A stretch of 64,000 nt of DNA from an uncultured Alphaproteobacteria bacterium. Its GTDB lineage: Bacteria > Pseudomonadota > Alphaproteobacteria > RF32 > CAG-239. Both the position numbers and the translations under genes were made by a program. The notes under the pieces are model-generated. The model was not told where the DNA came from. It saw nothing but the letters and a program-made list of their open reading frames with translations, and searched no databases. Below are positions 50,531 through 60,865 of the stretch, piece after piece; the first letter of the stretch is position 1, and the number at the start of each line of letters is the position of its first letter. The stretch spans positions 67,401 to 131,400 of the forward strand of contig CASFQO010000012.1 of the NCBI GenBank assembly GCA_949297145.1, in the 5' to 3' direction.

Positions 50531-51604
50531 TTTTTTTTGTTCTTGTGATTTTTTAGATTTTAGCTGTCCACATGCTGCCAAAATATCTTGTCCTCTGGCG
50601 ACTCTGATTGGTGCTGCGAATCCGGCTTTTTCTAATATTTGAGAAAAAACTTCAACATCTTTACGGTCACTAGGAGCAAAGCCACATCCTGGCCATGGAT
50701 TAAATGGAATTAAATTAAACAAAGCTCTTATTTTATATTTTTTGAGCAAAGATATCAGTTCTTGTGCATGTTCCGGCTTATCGTTGATATTTTTCAATAA
50801 TAGATACTCAAATGTTATATAACGACTATGGTCACCCTGTTGGTATTCAGCACAAGCTTTCATAATTTCTTCAATGTGAAATTTATCGTTTATGGGCATA
50901 ATTTGTGAACGAATCGTATTGTTCGGTGCATGAAGTGATATAGCTAATCTAACCCCCGTTTTTTGCATTGCTTCAACAATCCTTGGTGCTATTCCGGATG
51001 TTGACATAGTCACTCGTCTTCTTGATATACCTATTCCTTCACAATCTGTGATAATATTCAGAGCTTTTACAACATTATCCAGGTTGTTGAGAGGTTCGCC
51101 CATGCCCATTACAACAATGTTTGATAGATAACGTGTTTCATCTGTAGGGCTTGGCCATTCATTATATGCATCTCTTGCTACCATAAATTGTCCGACAATT
51201 TCGCTTACTGTCAGATTTCTGGTAAATTTTTGGCTTCCAGTGTGGCAAAATTTACATCCCATTGCACACCCTACTTGAGTTGAAATACAAACGGCCCCCC
51301 TATCCTTTTCTGGGATATAAACCATCTCAACCCGTTCTTTATCATTGAATTCCAACAACCATTTATGCGTCTTATCTACGGATATTTGCTCTGCTACTAT
51401 CTTGGGACGGGTTATTGTATATTTTTCTTGTAATTTATTTCTTAAATCAAGCGACAAATTTGTCATTTCAGAGAAATCTGTTGCACCACGAAAATATATC
51501 CATTGCCATAATTGTTTAGCGCGAAATTTTTTTTCGCCTAATTTCTCTATTTCTTCGTATAATTCTTCTTTACTTAAATTCGTTAATTCAATTTTTTCTG
51601 TCAT
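50495..51604 (-). CDS. rlmN: 23S rRNA/tRNA adenine-C2 methyltransferase RlmN (radical SAM)
   Basis: Radical-SAM cluster CAMGCKFCHTG, the FRAKQLWQWIY N-terminal motif and GMGEPL. The 3-prime end overlaps the convergent CDF gene by 36 nt. Confidence 0.95.
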   Translation of the reverse strand: MTEKIELTNLSKEELYEEIEKLGEKKFRAKQLWQWIYFRGATDFSEMTNLSLDLRNKLQEKYTITRPKIVAEQISVDKTHKWLLEFNDKERVEMVYIPEKDRGAVCISTQVGCAMGCKFCHTGSQKFTRNLTVSEIVGQFMVARDAYNEWPSPTDETRYLSNIVVMGMGEPLNNLDNVVKALNIITDCEGIGISRRRVTMSTSGIAPRIVEAMQKTGVRLAISLHAPNNTIRSQIMPINDKFHIEEIMKACAEYQQGDHSRYITFEYLLLKNINDKPEHAQELISLLKKYKIRALFNLIPFNPWPGCGFAPSDRKDVEVFSQILEKAGFAAPIRVARGQDILAACGQLKSKKSQEQKKLKTTRAIKLMV

Positions 51605-52108
51605 TTATTTACACTTTGCGCTGATTGCTTTATATGCATTACTAAAACCGGCTAAGGAATAAGTATCTTTGGTTTTTGTTCCTCTGGAGGATGTTCCTTC
51701 AACAATCATTCTTTGCCCTCTTTTCATAGCCTCAACTAATTTTTTGTCTGTTGAAGAATCTGGTGCCCATGCGTTGTCACCATTTGTAAATAAATTATTG
51801 AAAGCGGTTGTACCTATTTTTACAATAACACTTGATCCCTTTTTATAATCATATCCAGCTACAAAATTTACAACATTATAACTCTTGTCTGCAGGTCTAT
51901 GGGTTACAACAGCATAAATATCTCCTCTTTTTTTGTAGTTTCCTTCGTCTTTCTTAGGTGTTGATGCCATGTAGCATACCAAATTTTTTCCTTCTTTATA
52001 TGAATAAGCGGTCCAATCACCATATTCACCTAATTCTGTTGGAGCACTGTTGGCCTGGGCAGCTGCCGAAATAACCATAGATATTAATAAAATAACATAC
52101 TTTTTCAT
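51605..52108 (-). CDS. invasion-associated locus B (IalB) family periplasmic protein
   Basis: ATG 52108 is followed by a signal peptide ending AAAQA. An IalB-like segment (YGDWTAYSYKEGKNLVCYMAS) is present. The stop abuts the rlmN start. Confidence 0.7.
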   Translation of the reverse strand: MKKYVILLISMVISAAAQANSAPTELGEYGDWTAYSYKEGKNLVCYMASTPKKDEGNYKKRGDIYAVVTHRPADKSYNVVNFVAGYDYKKGSSVIVKIGTTAFNNLFTNGDNAWAPDSSTDKKLVEAMKRGQRMIVEGTSSRGTKTKDTYSLAGFSNAYKAISAKCK

Positions 52109-52208
52109 GACAATATTTCCTATAAAATCTACTTTTGTTATACTATAATTAAGATATTTATAATAAAGAATTAACAAGTTTCATAAAAATAGAGTTTAAG
52201 GAATAAAA

Positions 52209-53402
52209 ATGTTTCATCCAGAATATATTGATCCTAAAAAGCTAATAACAAATGATGATATTTTAAAACTTTTTCAACTTGTTGAAAAACATGGTGGAGT
52301 TCTTCGCTTTGTCGGCGGTGCTGTGAGAGACGCTATTGCCGGAATTGATAGATCTGACATTGACTTAGTTACAGATATGTCTCCTGCGGAATTTTCGGAT
52401 ATGTGCTTTGATGAAGGGTTAAAATGTGTACCTATCGGAATTCAATTTTTTACGACAGGAGTTATTGTCGGTGATAATTTTTTTAAGGTTACATCTCTTA
52501 GCTCAGATGATGAAAATAGCAAAGACGAATGGAAAAAAGATGCAGCAAAACGTGACTTAACAATAAATGCCGTTTATGCAGATGATAAAGGGAATGTTTT
52601 TGATTATTATAATGGTATTAGAGATTTGGAGCAAGGTAATATCAAATTTATCGGTTCGCCTCAGGAGACCATTGAAGCTGATTATATTAGAATTATGAGG
52701 TTCTTTAGGTTCTGCGCAATGTTTGGCAAAAATATTGATTCAAAATCGTTAAAGGCATGTATTGACAATAAAGAGCTATTGCATAAGGTTTCTTTGGAAA
52801 AAATAAAAGAAGAACTTTTTAAAATAATCATGGCACCTTATGCCGTTACAGCTTTAAAACTCATTTTTGAAAATGGTATACTTGACTTTTTAATAGCCCC
52901 ACCTAAAAGTATTGATAATTTAGAGAAATTATGTGTCCTAGTTGATAAATTAGGAATATCAAAAAGTGTTATAAGACGAATTTTTGTAATGTTCGAACCT
53001 GATGCAAAACGCGCTGTCCGGCTTGCTGATATTTTTCGTCTTACCAAAGACCAGAAAGAGCATCTTATAGAACTATGCAAAGTTCGCATATCTCTCAACA
53101 ACTTTAAAAACATTGTTTTAATTAAGCAATTATTATTTAAGTATGGGCGAGAAATTTGTATTGATAAGTTTTTATGCTTGAATTTGGATACAGAAAATAT
53201 TGATTTTATAAAATCCACTTTAAATACACTGTATAGCGAACAAATTCCAGTTTTTCCGCTAACCGGAAAATATTTATTGTCTTTGGGCGCAGATTCTAAA
53301 CTTCTCGGATTATATATTGATAGTTTAAAAAAGGATTGGTACGAAAACGGATGTGTAGCAACAAGAGATGAGTTAGTGCAGAAATATAGAGAGATATTTT
53401 AA
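52209..53402 (+). CDS. CCA tRNA nucleotidyltransferase / poly(A) polymerase family protein
   Basis: Nucleotidyltransferase head motif RFVGGAVRDAI...DIDLVTD, followed by RDLTINA and the helical body. Confidence 0.8.
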   Translation: MFHPEYIDPKKLITNDDILKLFQLVEKHGGVLRFVGGAVRDAIAGIDRSDIDLVTDMSPAEFSDMCFDEGLKCVPIGIQFFTTGVIVGDNFFKVTSLSSDDENSKDEWKKDAAKRDLTINAVYADDKGNVFDYYNGIRDLEQGNIKFIGSPQETIEADYIRIMRFFRFCAMFGKNIDSKSLKACIDNKELLHKVSLEKIKEELFKIIMAPYAVTALKLIFENGILDFLIAPPKSIDNLEKLCVLVDKLGISKSVIRRIFVMFEPDAKRAVRLADIFRLTKDQKEHLIELCKVRISLNNFKNIVLIKQLLFKYGREICIDKFLCLNLDTENIDFIKSTLNTLYSEQIPVFPLTGKYLLSLGADSKLLGLYIDSLKKDWYENGCVATRDELVQKYREIF

Positions 53403-53585
53403 ATACATTGTTTTTTATTGTAAAATCAATATATTAGTAAATCTTCTGTTTTTTCTTTTTAAATGCACTCTTTTTCTATTTTTGATGTCGTATACCCAAA
53501 AGTTGGATAAATCTCTCTACGATAAAAAAAACGTACTTTATTTCGATTCAGCATAAGATGACCTAAAATCTCTTTTCCTGGGATT

Positions 53586-53622
53586 AAAAAGAAAGCCTCT
53601 CTGTTGAGAAGCTTTCTTTTTT
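53586..53622. terminator. hairpin terminator immediately after the parB stop (bidirectional geometry)
   Basis: A ~15-bp stem AAAAAGAAAGCCTCTC / GAGAAGCTTTCTTTTT with one mismatch and loop TGTT. An A-run and a T-run sit on the two sides. Confidence 0.7.
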
Positions 53623-54513
53623 CTAACTGTTTTTGTTCTTTTCTAAAATCTCTAAAATTAAATTGAGCTCTGATGGATTTTTATATTCTATCGTCACTTT
53701 ACCTTTTTCATTTTCTCCTGCACTTATTTTTACTTTCATACCGATATTTTTTGATATGTCTTTCTCAAGTTCCTTTAAACTCGGATCTTTCTTTATTGTT
53801 TTACTGATTTGCGACAACGCATTATTTTTAATTTTATTTACCAAATCTTCAGTTTGTCTTACTGTTAAACCTTTTTCTATAACTTTTTTTGCAATTTCTT
53901 CAGCATTGTCCAGTCCAATTAAAGCTCTTGCATGTCCTGCACTTAGACTATTATTTTTAATCATATCTTGAATTGACGCTGGTAAACTTAATAGCCTTAA
54001 TGTATTTGTAATATAGCTCCGAGATTTTCCAACGATTTGCGATAAAGCTTCGTGGGTATGAGAAAACTCATTAATTAAACGATTAAAACCTTCAGCCTCC
54101 TCTATTGCTGATAAATTTTCACGTAATAAATTTTCGATTAAGGCGACCTCTAGAACTTCTTGGTTATCTAATTCTTTTTCAATTACCGGCACCTCTCTTA
54201 ATCCAGCTAATTTAGATGCGCGCCAACGACGTTCTCCTGCTATAATTTCATATTTATCACCTTTTTTTCTAACTAAAAGCGGCTGCAAGACTCCTTTTTC
54301 TTTAATAGAATTAACTAAGGCATCCAGAGCTTCTTGATTAAAATCTTTACGAGGTTGATAGTTGCTTGGTTCTAAATCGTCAACATTGACTGTTTTTATT
54401 CCATGTTCAGATATGTCTCCGGTATTGATACTATCCAGATTAAAACTTAGGTCATCTTCCCCTAAAAGAGCTTCTAGTCCCCTGCCTAATCCATGTTTTT
54501 TGTTCATTGACAT
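53623..54513 (-). CDS. parB: chromosome partitioning protein ParB
   Basis: N-terminal GLGRGLEALL, the ParB box IIAGERRWRASKLAG and an HTH region. Confidence 0.95.
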   Translation of the reverse strand: MSMNKKHGLGRGLEALLGEDDLSFNLDSINTGDISEHGIKTVNVDDLEPSNYQPRKDFNQEALDALVNSIKEKGVLQPLLVRKKGDKYEIIAGERRWRASKLAGLREVPVIEKELDNQEVLEVALIENLLRENLSAIEEAEGFNRLINEFSHTHEALSQIVGKSRSYITNTLRLLSLPASIQDMIKNNSLSAGHARALIGLDNAEEIAKKVIEKGLTVRQTEDLVNKIKNNALSQISKTIKKDPSLKELEKDISKNIGMKVKISAGENEKGKVTIEYKNPSELNLILEILEKNKNS

Positions 54514-54515
54514 AT

Positions 54516-55286
54516 CTATATCTCCTTTTCTCTTTTTAACACTTCTTTAGCTAAATTAAGATAGGCTTTTGCGCCGTTACTCTTAAAATCATAAATCAAA
54601 ACAGGCTGTCCGTGTGATGGCGCCTCTGATATTCTGACACTTCTCGGTATTACGGTTTTATAAACTTTTGCTCCAAAATATTTGCGCACATCTGTTTCAA
54701 CCATTTGACTTAAATTATTTCTCTTATCAAACATGGTCAAAACAATTCCTTGCAAATCCAGTTTTGAATTAAAGTTCTTTTTTATTATGTTTATATTTTT
54801 TATTAAGTCTGTTAATCCTTCTAGAGCTAAAAATTCACTTTGTAAAGGAACAATCACTGAATCTGATGAAACAAGAGCATTTATTGTGATTAAATTTAAT
54901 GACGGTGGGCAGTCTATCAAAATATAGTCATATTTTCCATTTAAGACACTTAAAGCATTTTTTAATACATACTCTCGTCTATTTACATCAATTAATTCTA
55001 TTTCTGCAGCAGCTAGAGCCGGAGCAGACGGTAATATATCAAATTTTTTTATATCCGTTTTTACAATTGCATCTTCTGCTTTGCAATTATTTATCATTAC
55101 ATCATATGTTGAAAAAAGACATTTATTCTTGTTTATACCTAGCGAAGTTGTTGCATTTCCCTGTGGATCCATATCTAAAATAAGCACTCGTTTTCCAATA
55201 GCTGCCATTGCTGTTGCTATATTTACTGCTGTTGTTGTCTTACCAACTCCACCTTTACGATTTGCTATAGATATAATTTTTACCAT
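54516..55286 (-). CDS. parA: chromosome partitioning ATPase ParA
   Basis: Deviant Walker A ANRKGGVGKTT, LILDMDPQGN and ILIDCPPSL. The start overlaps the rsmG stop by 1 nt (TAATG). Confidence 0.95.
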   Translation of the reverse strand: MVKIISIANRKGGVGKTTTAVNIATAMAAIGKRVLILDMDPQGNATTSLGINKNKCLFSTYDVMINNCKAEDAIVKTDIKKFDILPSAPALAAAEIELIDVNRREYVLKNALSVLNGKYDYILIDCPPSLNLITINALVSSDSVIVPLQSEFLALEGLTDLIKNINIIKKNFNSKLDLQGIVLTMFDKRNNLSQMVETDVRKYFGAKVYKTVIPRSVRISEAPSHGQPVLIYDFKSNGAKAYLNLAKEVLKREKEI

Positions 55287-55921
55287 TACAATTTACTCCT
55301 TAAATCGCTTATGCGTAAAATTTTACCGTCTTCACTTGTATCACTATCATATACTTCACATTTATATATCCACTTTTTTCTAGCTTCTTCTTGCTCTTGA
55401 ACCCACTTTTCTCCTTTAAGAAAAATAAGCCTTGTATTATTTGAACAAAATGGTTTGGCATATTCTAATAATTTCGGAAGAGATGCCAAGGCTCTTGAAG
55501 TAATTATATCAACTTTTCCTATTTTTAAATTTTCAATTCTTTCCTTATATATTTCCATATTTAGATTTAGTATTTTGTTGACTTCTTGCAAAAAGGTTGT
55601 CTTTTTACCTATACTTTCTACTAAATTAATTTTCAAATCTGGATACAATTCCTGACAAGCTATCGCAAGTACAACTCCAGGAAATCCAGCACCAGATCCT
55701 AAATCTAGCAATATTTTATCCTTTTGTGTAATAAATTTAATTAATTGCAAGGAATCAACTATGTGCCGTTCCCATATAATATTCTCTGTTGATTTGCTTA
55801 TTAGATTAAATTTACTATTCCACTCTTTAACAAGAGCTTGATAGCTTTCTAATTTTTTAATAGTTTCACGTGAAACATTGTATTTTTTAATTGCATCAAT
55901 CATGATTGTGATATTAATCAC
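55286..55921 (-). CDS. rsmG: 16S rRNA m7G527 methyltransferase RsmG (GidB)
   Basis: SAM motif LLDLGSGAGFPG and the N-terminal VSRET...W motif. The start is ATG 55921 or ATG 55903. Confidence 0.9.
   Translation of the reverse strand: MINITIMIDAIKKYNVSRETIKKLESYQALVKEWNSKFNLISKSTENIIWERHIVDSLQLIKFITQKDKILLDLGSGAGFPGVVLAIACQELYPDLKINLVESIGKKTTFLQEVNKILNLNMEIYKERIENLKIGKVDIITSRALASLPKLLEYAKPFCSNNTRLIFLKGEKWVQEQEEARKKWIYKCEVYDSDTSEDGKILRISDLRSKL
55862..55877. promoter_or_regulatory. parS: parS centromere-like site (15/16 match) inside rsmG
   Basis: AGTTTCACGTGAAACA versus the palindromic consensus TGTTTCACGTGAAACA. It lies within codons N-V-S-R-E-T of rsmG. Confidence 0.75.
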
Positions 55922-55987
55922 ACTTTCATCTTTTGTGTATTAAAAAATTAACTTATAAACATTAAAAGTTTTCACCTTTAGCTAGTA

Positions 55988-56026
55988 TAAAAAAAAGAAA
56001 TCAGTTTTTATTTGCTGATTTCTTTT
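55988..56026 (-). terminator. rho-independent terminator after mnmG
   Basis: On the minus strand, stem AAGAAATCAG / CTGATTTCTT (55995-56004 with 56015-56024) with a 10-nt loop, followed by an 8-nt T-run. It lies 20 nt after the mnmG stop. Confidence 0.7.
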
Positions 56027-56046
56027 ATAGAATTTTATTTCAATGA

Positions 56047-57894
56047 TTAATTATTTTTCATGTAACCAAGTATAGCAATAATTGCAGCAGGTGTTACACC
56101 AGATATTCTGCTTGCTTCTCCAATCGTTTCTGGGCGCACTTTTTCTAATTTACTTACTATTTCTCTAGAGAGCCCGCCAATAAGCTTATAATCAATATCT
56201 TTTTTAATTTTGATATTTTCATCTTTTTTAAATATTTCAATATCACTGTTTTGGCGTTTCATGTATCCGGCATATTTAGATTCTATACAAATCTGCTCCA
56301 AAACATCCTTCGTTACTTTTTCAAACTCTGGTTGTAGGGCATTTATTGTTTCACGTGAAACACCGTTGCATCCCAAAAGATTAAATAGCGTTTTTCTTCC
56401 ACCTTCCTTTTTTATCGGAAGATTGTAGGCATCTATATCTTTTGCCGATATATAGCTTTTCTTCGAAATATCCATAAATTCACTTAGATTTTCTTTTTTA
56501 TTTTTAAATACACTGTATCTATCAGAACCAACACAACCAATTTTATATCCTTTTTCAGTCAAGCGCAAGTCAGCATTATCAGCTCTTAAATAAAGTCTAT
56601 ATTCAGAGCGGGAAGTAAACATTCTATAAGGTTCATCGACACCCTTTGTTATTAAATCGTCAATCATTACCCCTATATAACCTTCACTACGATCTATAAC
56701 AAATTCCTCATTTCGATTGAGTGAATTTAGAGCTGCATTAATTCCAGCTATAACGCCTTGTGCTCCTGCTTCTTCATAACCGGTCGTACCATTTATTTGA
56801 CCAGCAAGATATAACCCATCCACTTTCTTTACTTTTAAACAGTGATTTAATTCCATTGGATCAACATAATCATATTCTATTGCATATGCATATCTTGTTA
56901 TTTCAACATTTTCTAGCCCTTTTATAGTGTGAATAAATTCTTCTTGAACATCCGCCGGCAAAGAAGTTGAAATACCATTAGGATAAACAATATTTGTATT
57001 ATATCCTTCAGGTTCCAAAAATATTTGGTGGCTTGTCCTATCCGCAAATTTAACAAGTTTATCTTCAATGCTCGGACAATAACGAGGACCAACACCGGTG
57101 ATTAAACCAGAAAAGAGAGCGCATTTTGAAAAATTGTTTCTTATAATTTCATGAGTTTTTTCATTTGTAGCCGTTATGTAACACTTAATTTGTGGCTGGT
57201 CAATTTTTTTGGTCAGAAAAGAAAAAGGTGTCGGCTCCGTATCGCCCTCTTGTGTATCTAAAATACTCCAATTTATTGTGTTTCCGTTTAGACGGGCAGG
57301 TGTACCGGTTTTCAATCGTCCAACTTTCAGCCCTGCATCTTTTAAATACGCTGTTATACCAGTGCAACTAACATCATTGACACGTCCTCCTATTGATGTT
57401 TGATGCCCCGTAAACATTACACCATTTAAAAAAGTACCTGTAGTCAAAACAACAGACTTTGCATAATAACATTCTTCATTATTTAATTTTACCCCCTTTG
57501 TAACACCATTATCTATAATAAGATGCTCGACACTACCTTCAATAATATCTAAATTTTTTTGGCTTTTTAGAGCTTCCAGCATAAATTTCTTATACAAATC
57601 TCTATCTGCCTGCGCGCGAGGGCCACGAACCGCTGGACCTTTTGAAGAATTTAATAGCCTAAATTGAATTCCCGCTTTATCAATAACTCGTCCCATCAAT
57701 CCATCAAGAGCATCTATCTCTCTGACAAGATGTCCTTTTCCTAATCCACCGATGGCAGGATTACACGACATTTCACCGATTGTTGAAATTTTATGTGTAA
57801 TTAAAGCTGTTTTTGCTCCCATTCTTGCAGATGCAGCACAAGCCTCACATCCAGCATGTCCTCCACCTATAACTAAGACATCATATTCGTTCAT
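56047..57894 (-). CDS. mnmG: tRNA uridine 5-carboxymethylaminomethyl modification enzyme MnmG (GidA)
   Basis: ATG 57894 gives the N-terminus [18 protein letters not shown] (FAD fold). The rest is conserved GidA sequence ([23 protein letters not shown]). Confidence 0.95.
   Translation of the reverse strand: MNEYDVLVIGGGHAGCEACAASARMGAKTALITHKISTIGEMSCNPAIGGLGKGHLVREIDALDGLMGRVIDKAGIQFRLLNSSKGPAVRGPRAQADRDLYKKFMLEALKSQKNLDIIEGSVEHLIIDNGVTKGVKLNNEECYYAKSVVLTTGTFLNGVMFTGHQTSIGGRVNDVSCTGITAYLKDAGLKVGRLKTGTPARLNGNTINWSILDTQEGDTEPTPFSFLTKKIDQPQIKCYITATNEKTHEIIRNNFSKCALFSGLITGVGPRYCPSIEDKLVKFADRTSHQIFLEPEGYNTNIVYPNGISTSLPADVQEEFIHTIKGLENVEITRYAYAIEYDYVDPMELNHCLKVKKVDGLYLAGQINGTTGYEEAGAQGVIAGINAALNSLNRNEEFVIDRSEGYIGVMIDDLITKGVDEPYRMFTSRSEYRLYLRADNADLRLTEKGYKIGCVGSDRYSVFKNKKENLSEFMDISKKSYISAKDIDAYNLPIKKEGGRKTLFNLLGCNGVSRETINALQPEFEKVTKDVLEQICIESKYAGYMKRQNSDIEIFKKDENIKIKKDIDYKLIGGLSREIVSKLEKVRPETIGEASRISGVTPAAIIAILGYMKNN
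56347..56362. promoter_or_regulatory. parS: parS centromere-like site (perfect 16-mer) inside mnmG
   Basis: TGTTTCACGTGAAACA, a perfect palindrome identical to the Spo0J/ParB parS consensus. It lies within codons G-V-S-R-E-T-I of mnmG. Confidence 0.85.
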
Positions 57895-58053
57895 GTTTAA
57901 CCCTTCAATGCAAATTTTTTGCGATTTTAATGCAATTTTAGTATTTTTCAAGAGTTATCTTTTGTATATTTTTTGTTTAAACTACTAAAACCTATTGACA
58001 TATAAAACCTATACTTTATTTTATTTATAAAATCAATTAGGAGTATATTTTAT

Positions 58054-59388
58054 ATGTATTTTGAAAAAGAAATAATTGAAAAAAAGAAATTTTTATTATT
58101 GGAAAAGCTTCTCAATAGTTCAACAAATAAAAAGCTTTTTGATTTTCTTGACGCCTTAATTCTAGAAAAATGTTTTGATAATGCGTATGAATATTCTTTG
58201 AATGAAAATATTGAGTCTATCTATAAACAAAATATATCCTCTAGCTATATTAATTGTATATTAGAAACATTCTTCGTTGAAGTTGAAAATAAAATTATTT
58301 ACACGACAAGATCAATCTATGAACTTGCTAAAATTTCTAAACTGCCTTCAAAAAAAATAAATAAAATTATATCTGATGAAACTTATCTAAAAATAGAAAC
58401 TTATCTGCGTTATGTTTCACATGAAACAAATTTAATAAGTTTTGATTTTTTGGTACTTAGAATAACTGATAATTTTTTACTGAAAATAAAAGATAAAAAA
58501 AATATCAAAATAGAAAAATCCTACCTTCAATTAAAAAAATCAATCTTAAATAAAATGCTTGATTATTCTTATATTCATGAAAAAAAAGAGAAAGAAACAA
58601 CTTTTTTGTGCTGGATAGATAGGTTGCTAAAAGCCTTGGTTGACGATGAAATTAATGCGCATCAATTTATATGTATTATAAAAAAAGTTTTATTAATCAC
58701 GAAACCATCTTTTGAATTATACTGGAAAATCATTAATTCATTGGATTATTTATTATCTCTAGAAAATTTTATTTCAGCAGATGAGTTAAAAAAACTGAAA
58801 AAGGAAATAGAAAAACTCATCGAAAAACAATATATATGCTACGATATATCTGTAAAAAATTTACGAAATATTTTTATTTCAATATTAGCAAAACAACAAA
58901 TAATTAAAGAAGATTATTATTACCTATTTGATACTTTATCCTCAGTTTCTAGAAAATCGGATAAAACAAAACTTTATGTATTAAAACTTTGTGAGTATAT
59001 GATTTATATTAGTGCAAAAAAACAAATTTTTCATTATAGATTTATTCGAAAATACTTCACCGATACTGTTCTTTCTTTATTTAATCTTCAAGATTCTATA
59101 GAAGCAAAAGACGAAGAATTGCAGTTGCTTGTAAGGCTATGGTATATGGACGATTTTTTTTGCTTTGAAAAAAATAGGTTACTTTTTAGTTTTGTCAGTG
59201 TTCTTAAATCCATAAATTCAGAAAATACTAAATTAAGTCATAATAATTTCTACAAATATTGTGACATTTTAGATTATATTATAGCTACAACTCCTGACTT
59301 GCCTAAGAATAATATCGTTGATTTTTTAGCATACAATAGCGCTAATAAAAGCAAACTAAGAAAACATTTTAATCTGATTTTTATGTAA
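58054..59388 (+). CDS. hypothetical protein, very AT-rich orphan (444 aa)
   Basis: A long uninterrupted ORF with AGGAG 8 nt upstream of the ATG. The protein is K/I/L/N-rich and helical-looking, with no signal peptide, TM segment or recognisable motif. It is on the opposite strand to its flanking genes. Confidence 0.5.
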   Translation: MYFEKEIIEKKKFLLLEKLLNSSTNKKLFDFLDALILEKCFDNAYEYSLNENIESIYKQNISSSYINCILETFFVEVENKIIYTTRSIYELAKISKLPSKKINKIISDETYLKIETYLRYVSHETNLISFDFLVLRITDNFLLKIKDKKNIKIEKSYLQLKKSILNKMLDYSYIHEKKEKETTFLCWIDRLLKALVDDEINAHQFICIIKKVLLITKPSFELYWKIINSLDYLLSLENFISADELKKLKKEIEKLIEKQYICYDISVKNLRNIFISILAKQQIIKEDYYYLFDTLSSVSRKSDKTKLYVLKLCEYMIYISAKKQIFHYRFIRKYFTDTVLSLFNLQDSIEAKDEELQLLVRLWYMDDFFCFEKNRLLFSFVSVLKSINSENTKLSHNNFYKYCDILDYIIATTPDLPKNNIVDFLAYNSANKSKLRKHFNLIFM

Positions 59389-59406
59389 AAGTATTTAAAT
59401 ACGGTG

Positions 59407-60735
59407 TTATTTGCCTATACAAAAGCTCCCAAATATTTTATCTAATATTTCATCTACTTCCACATTACCCGTAATTTTTCCTATTGCTCTACATGCAAGT
59501 CTGATGTCTTCAGCTGCCAATTCTATTTCTTTATCTAGTGAAAATATTTCCAGATTATCCAAACATTCTTCAAGAGCTTTTCTATACCTAATGCGTGTTA
59601 TTAAACAATTAGATGAAGATGAAAAATTCTCTTTAATCATGTTAATTATAATATTTACTAATTCATCAATTCCCTGGTTATATTTGGCTGATATTTGTAT
59701 ATGCGATTTATTTATTATATTTTTTCGTATTACTTTATCAACCTTGTTAGCTACATAGACTATTTTACCTTCGTATCCGTTCAATATATTAAAATTGTAT
59801 TTTTCGTTTATAGAGGCATCATATATCGCTATTACAATATCTGCTTCAGATATCTTTTCTTTTGCTATATCTATACCTTGTTTTTCAATAGGGTTGTCTG
59901 TCTCTCTTATTCCTGCTGTATCTGTTATTATAACAGGATATCCGCCCATGTCTAAATTTAAATCTATTGCATCTCGTGTTGTTCCTGCTATATCTGATAC
60001 TATTACAGCGTTTCTTTTTACAAGAGCATTAATTAAACTGGATTTTCCTGCATTGGCCTCTCCAGCTATGACAATTCTAAAGCCATTGCGTAAGCGTTCA
60101 TTAACATTATTGTTCTGCAAGTGTTGTTTTATTTCTGTTTTTGTTTTAAATACAGTGTTTAAAATCTCCTCAGATAGATTTTCTGGTATATCTTCTTCTG
60201 GAAAATCAATAAAAGCTTCTAAATAAGACAAAACATTTACAAGATTTTCTCGCCAAGATGTATATAAACTTCTTAAATTTCCCTCTATTTGTCGGAGTGC
60301 ATATTTTTGCTGTTCGAATGTTTCTGCATCAATTAGATCTGCCAGACCTTCTGCTTCAGTTAAATCCATTTTCTGATTATAAAATGCACGCTTTGAAAAT
60401 TCTCCCGGTTCTGCTAAACGAACATTTTCAAATTTGGATAATTCTCCAAGTATACTGCTTAAAACAGCTTTTGATCCATGACACTGTATCTCAGCTGTAT
60501 CTTCTCCTGTAAAAGAATGTGGAGCTTTAAAATACAAGACAACGGCTTTATCTAATAAATCTTCACTACCTTTTTTTTTAATTGATGTGAAGTATACATG
60601 ACGTGGTTTAATTGTCTTTATATCTATATTTGTCATTTCTGAAATTATATTCAGAACTGCGTTTCCGGAAATTCTTATAACTGCAACACCTGATTTTCCG
60701 TATACAGTAGATAAAGCATATATTGTAGCAGACAT
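59407..60735 (-). CDS. mnmE: tRNA modification GTPase MnmE (TrmE)
   Basis: ATG 60735 follows AAAGGAG. It has G1 GEANAGKSSL, G3 DTAGIR and the C-terminal FCIGK tetrad. Confidence 0.95.
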   Translation of the reverse strand: MSATIYALSTVYGKSGVAVIRISGNAVLNIISEMTNIDIKTIKPRHVYFTSIKKKGSEDLLDKAVVLYFKAPHSFTGEDTAEIQCHGSKAVLSSILGELSKFENVRLAEPGEFSKRAFYNQKMDLTEAEGLADLIDAETFEQQKYALRQIEGNLRSLYTSWRENLVNVLSYLEAFIDFPEEDIPENLSEEILNTVFKTKTEIKQHLQNNNVNERLRNGFRIVIAGEANAGKSSLINALVKRNAVIVSDIAGTTRDAIDLNLDMGGYPVIITDTAGIRETDNPIEKQGIDIAKEKISEADIVIAIYDASINEKYNFNILNGYEGKIVYVANKVDKVIRKNIINKSHIQISAKYNQGIDELVNIIINMIKENFSSSSNCLITRIRYRKALEECLDNLEIFSLDKEIELAAEDIRLACRAIGKITGNVEVDEILDKIFGSFCIGK

Positions 60736-60865
60736 TTTTACTCCTTTTCTTTTTTTCTTTAATAAGTAGCGCATTTTATATTATTCGCAATAAAAATCTT
60801 CATACCTCGTTAAAATTATAAGAATCTTAACTCTATCTATTTTATCTTCATGCAAAGGAGATAAA

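Noticed and set aside
53485-53556. A 23-codon ORF (MSYTQKLDKSLYDKKNVLYFDSA) lies in the 220-bp cca-parB intergenic region.
   Set aside because: There is no RBS and no supporting structure or conservation evidence. It is indistinguishable from a chance ORF.
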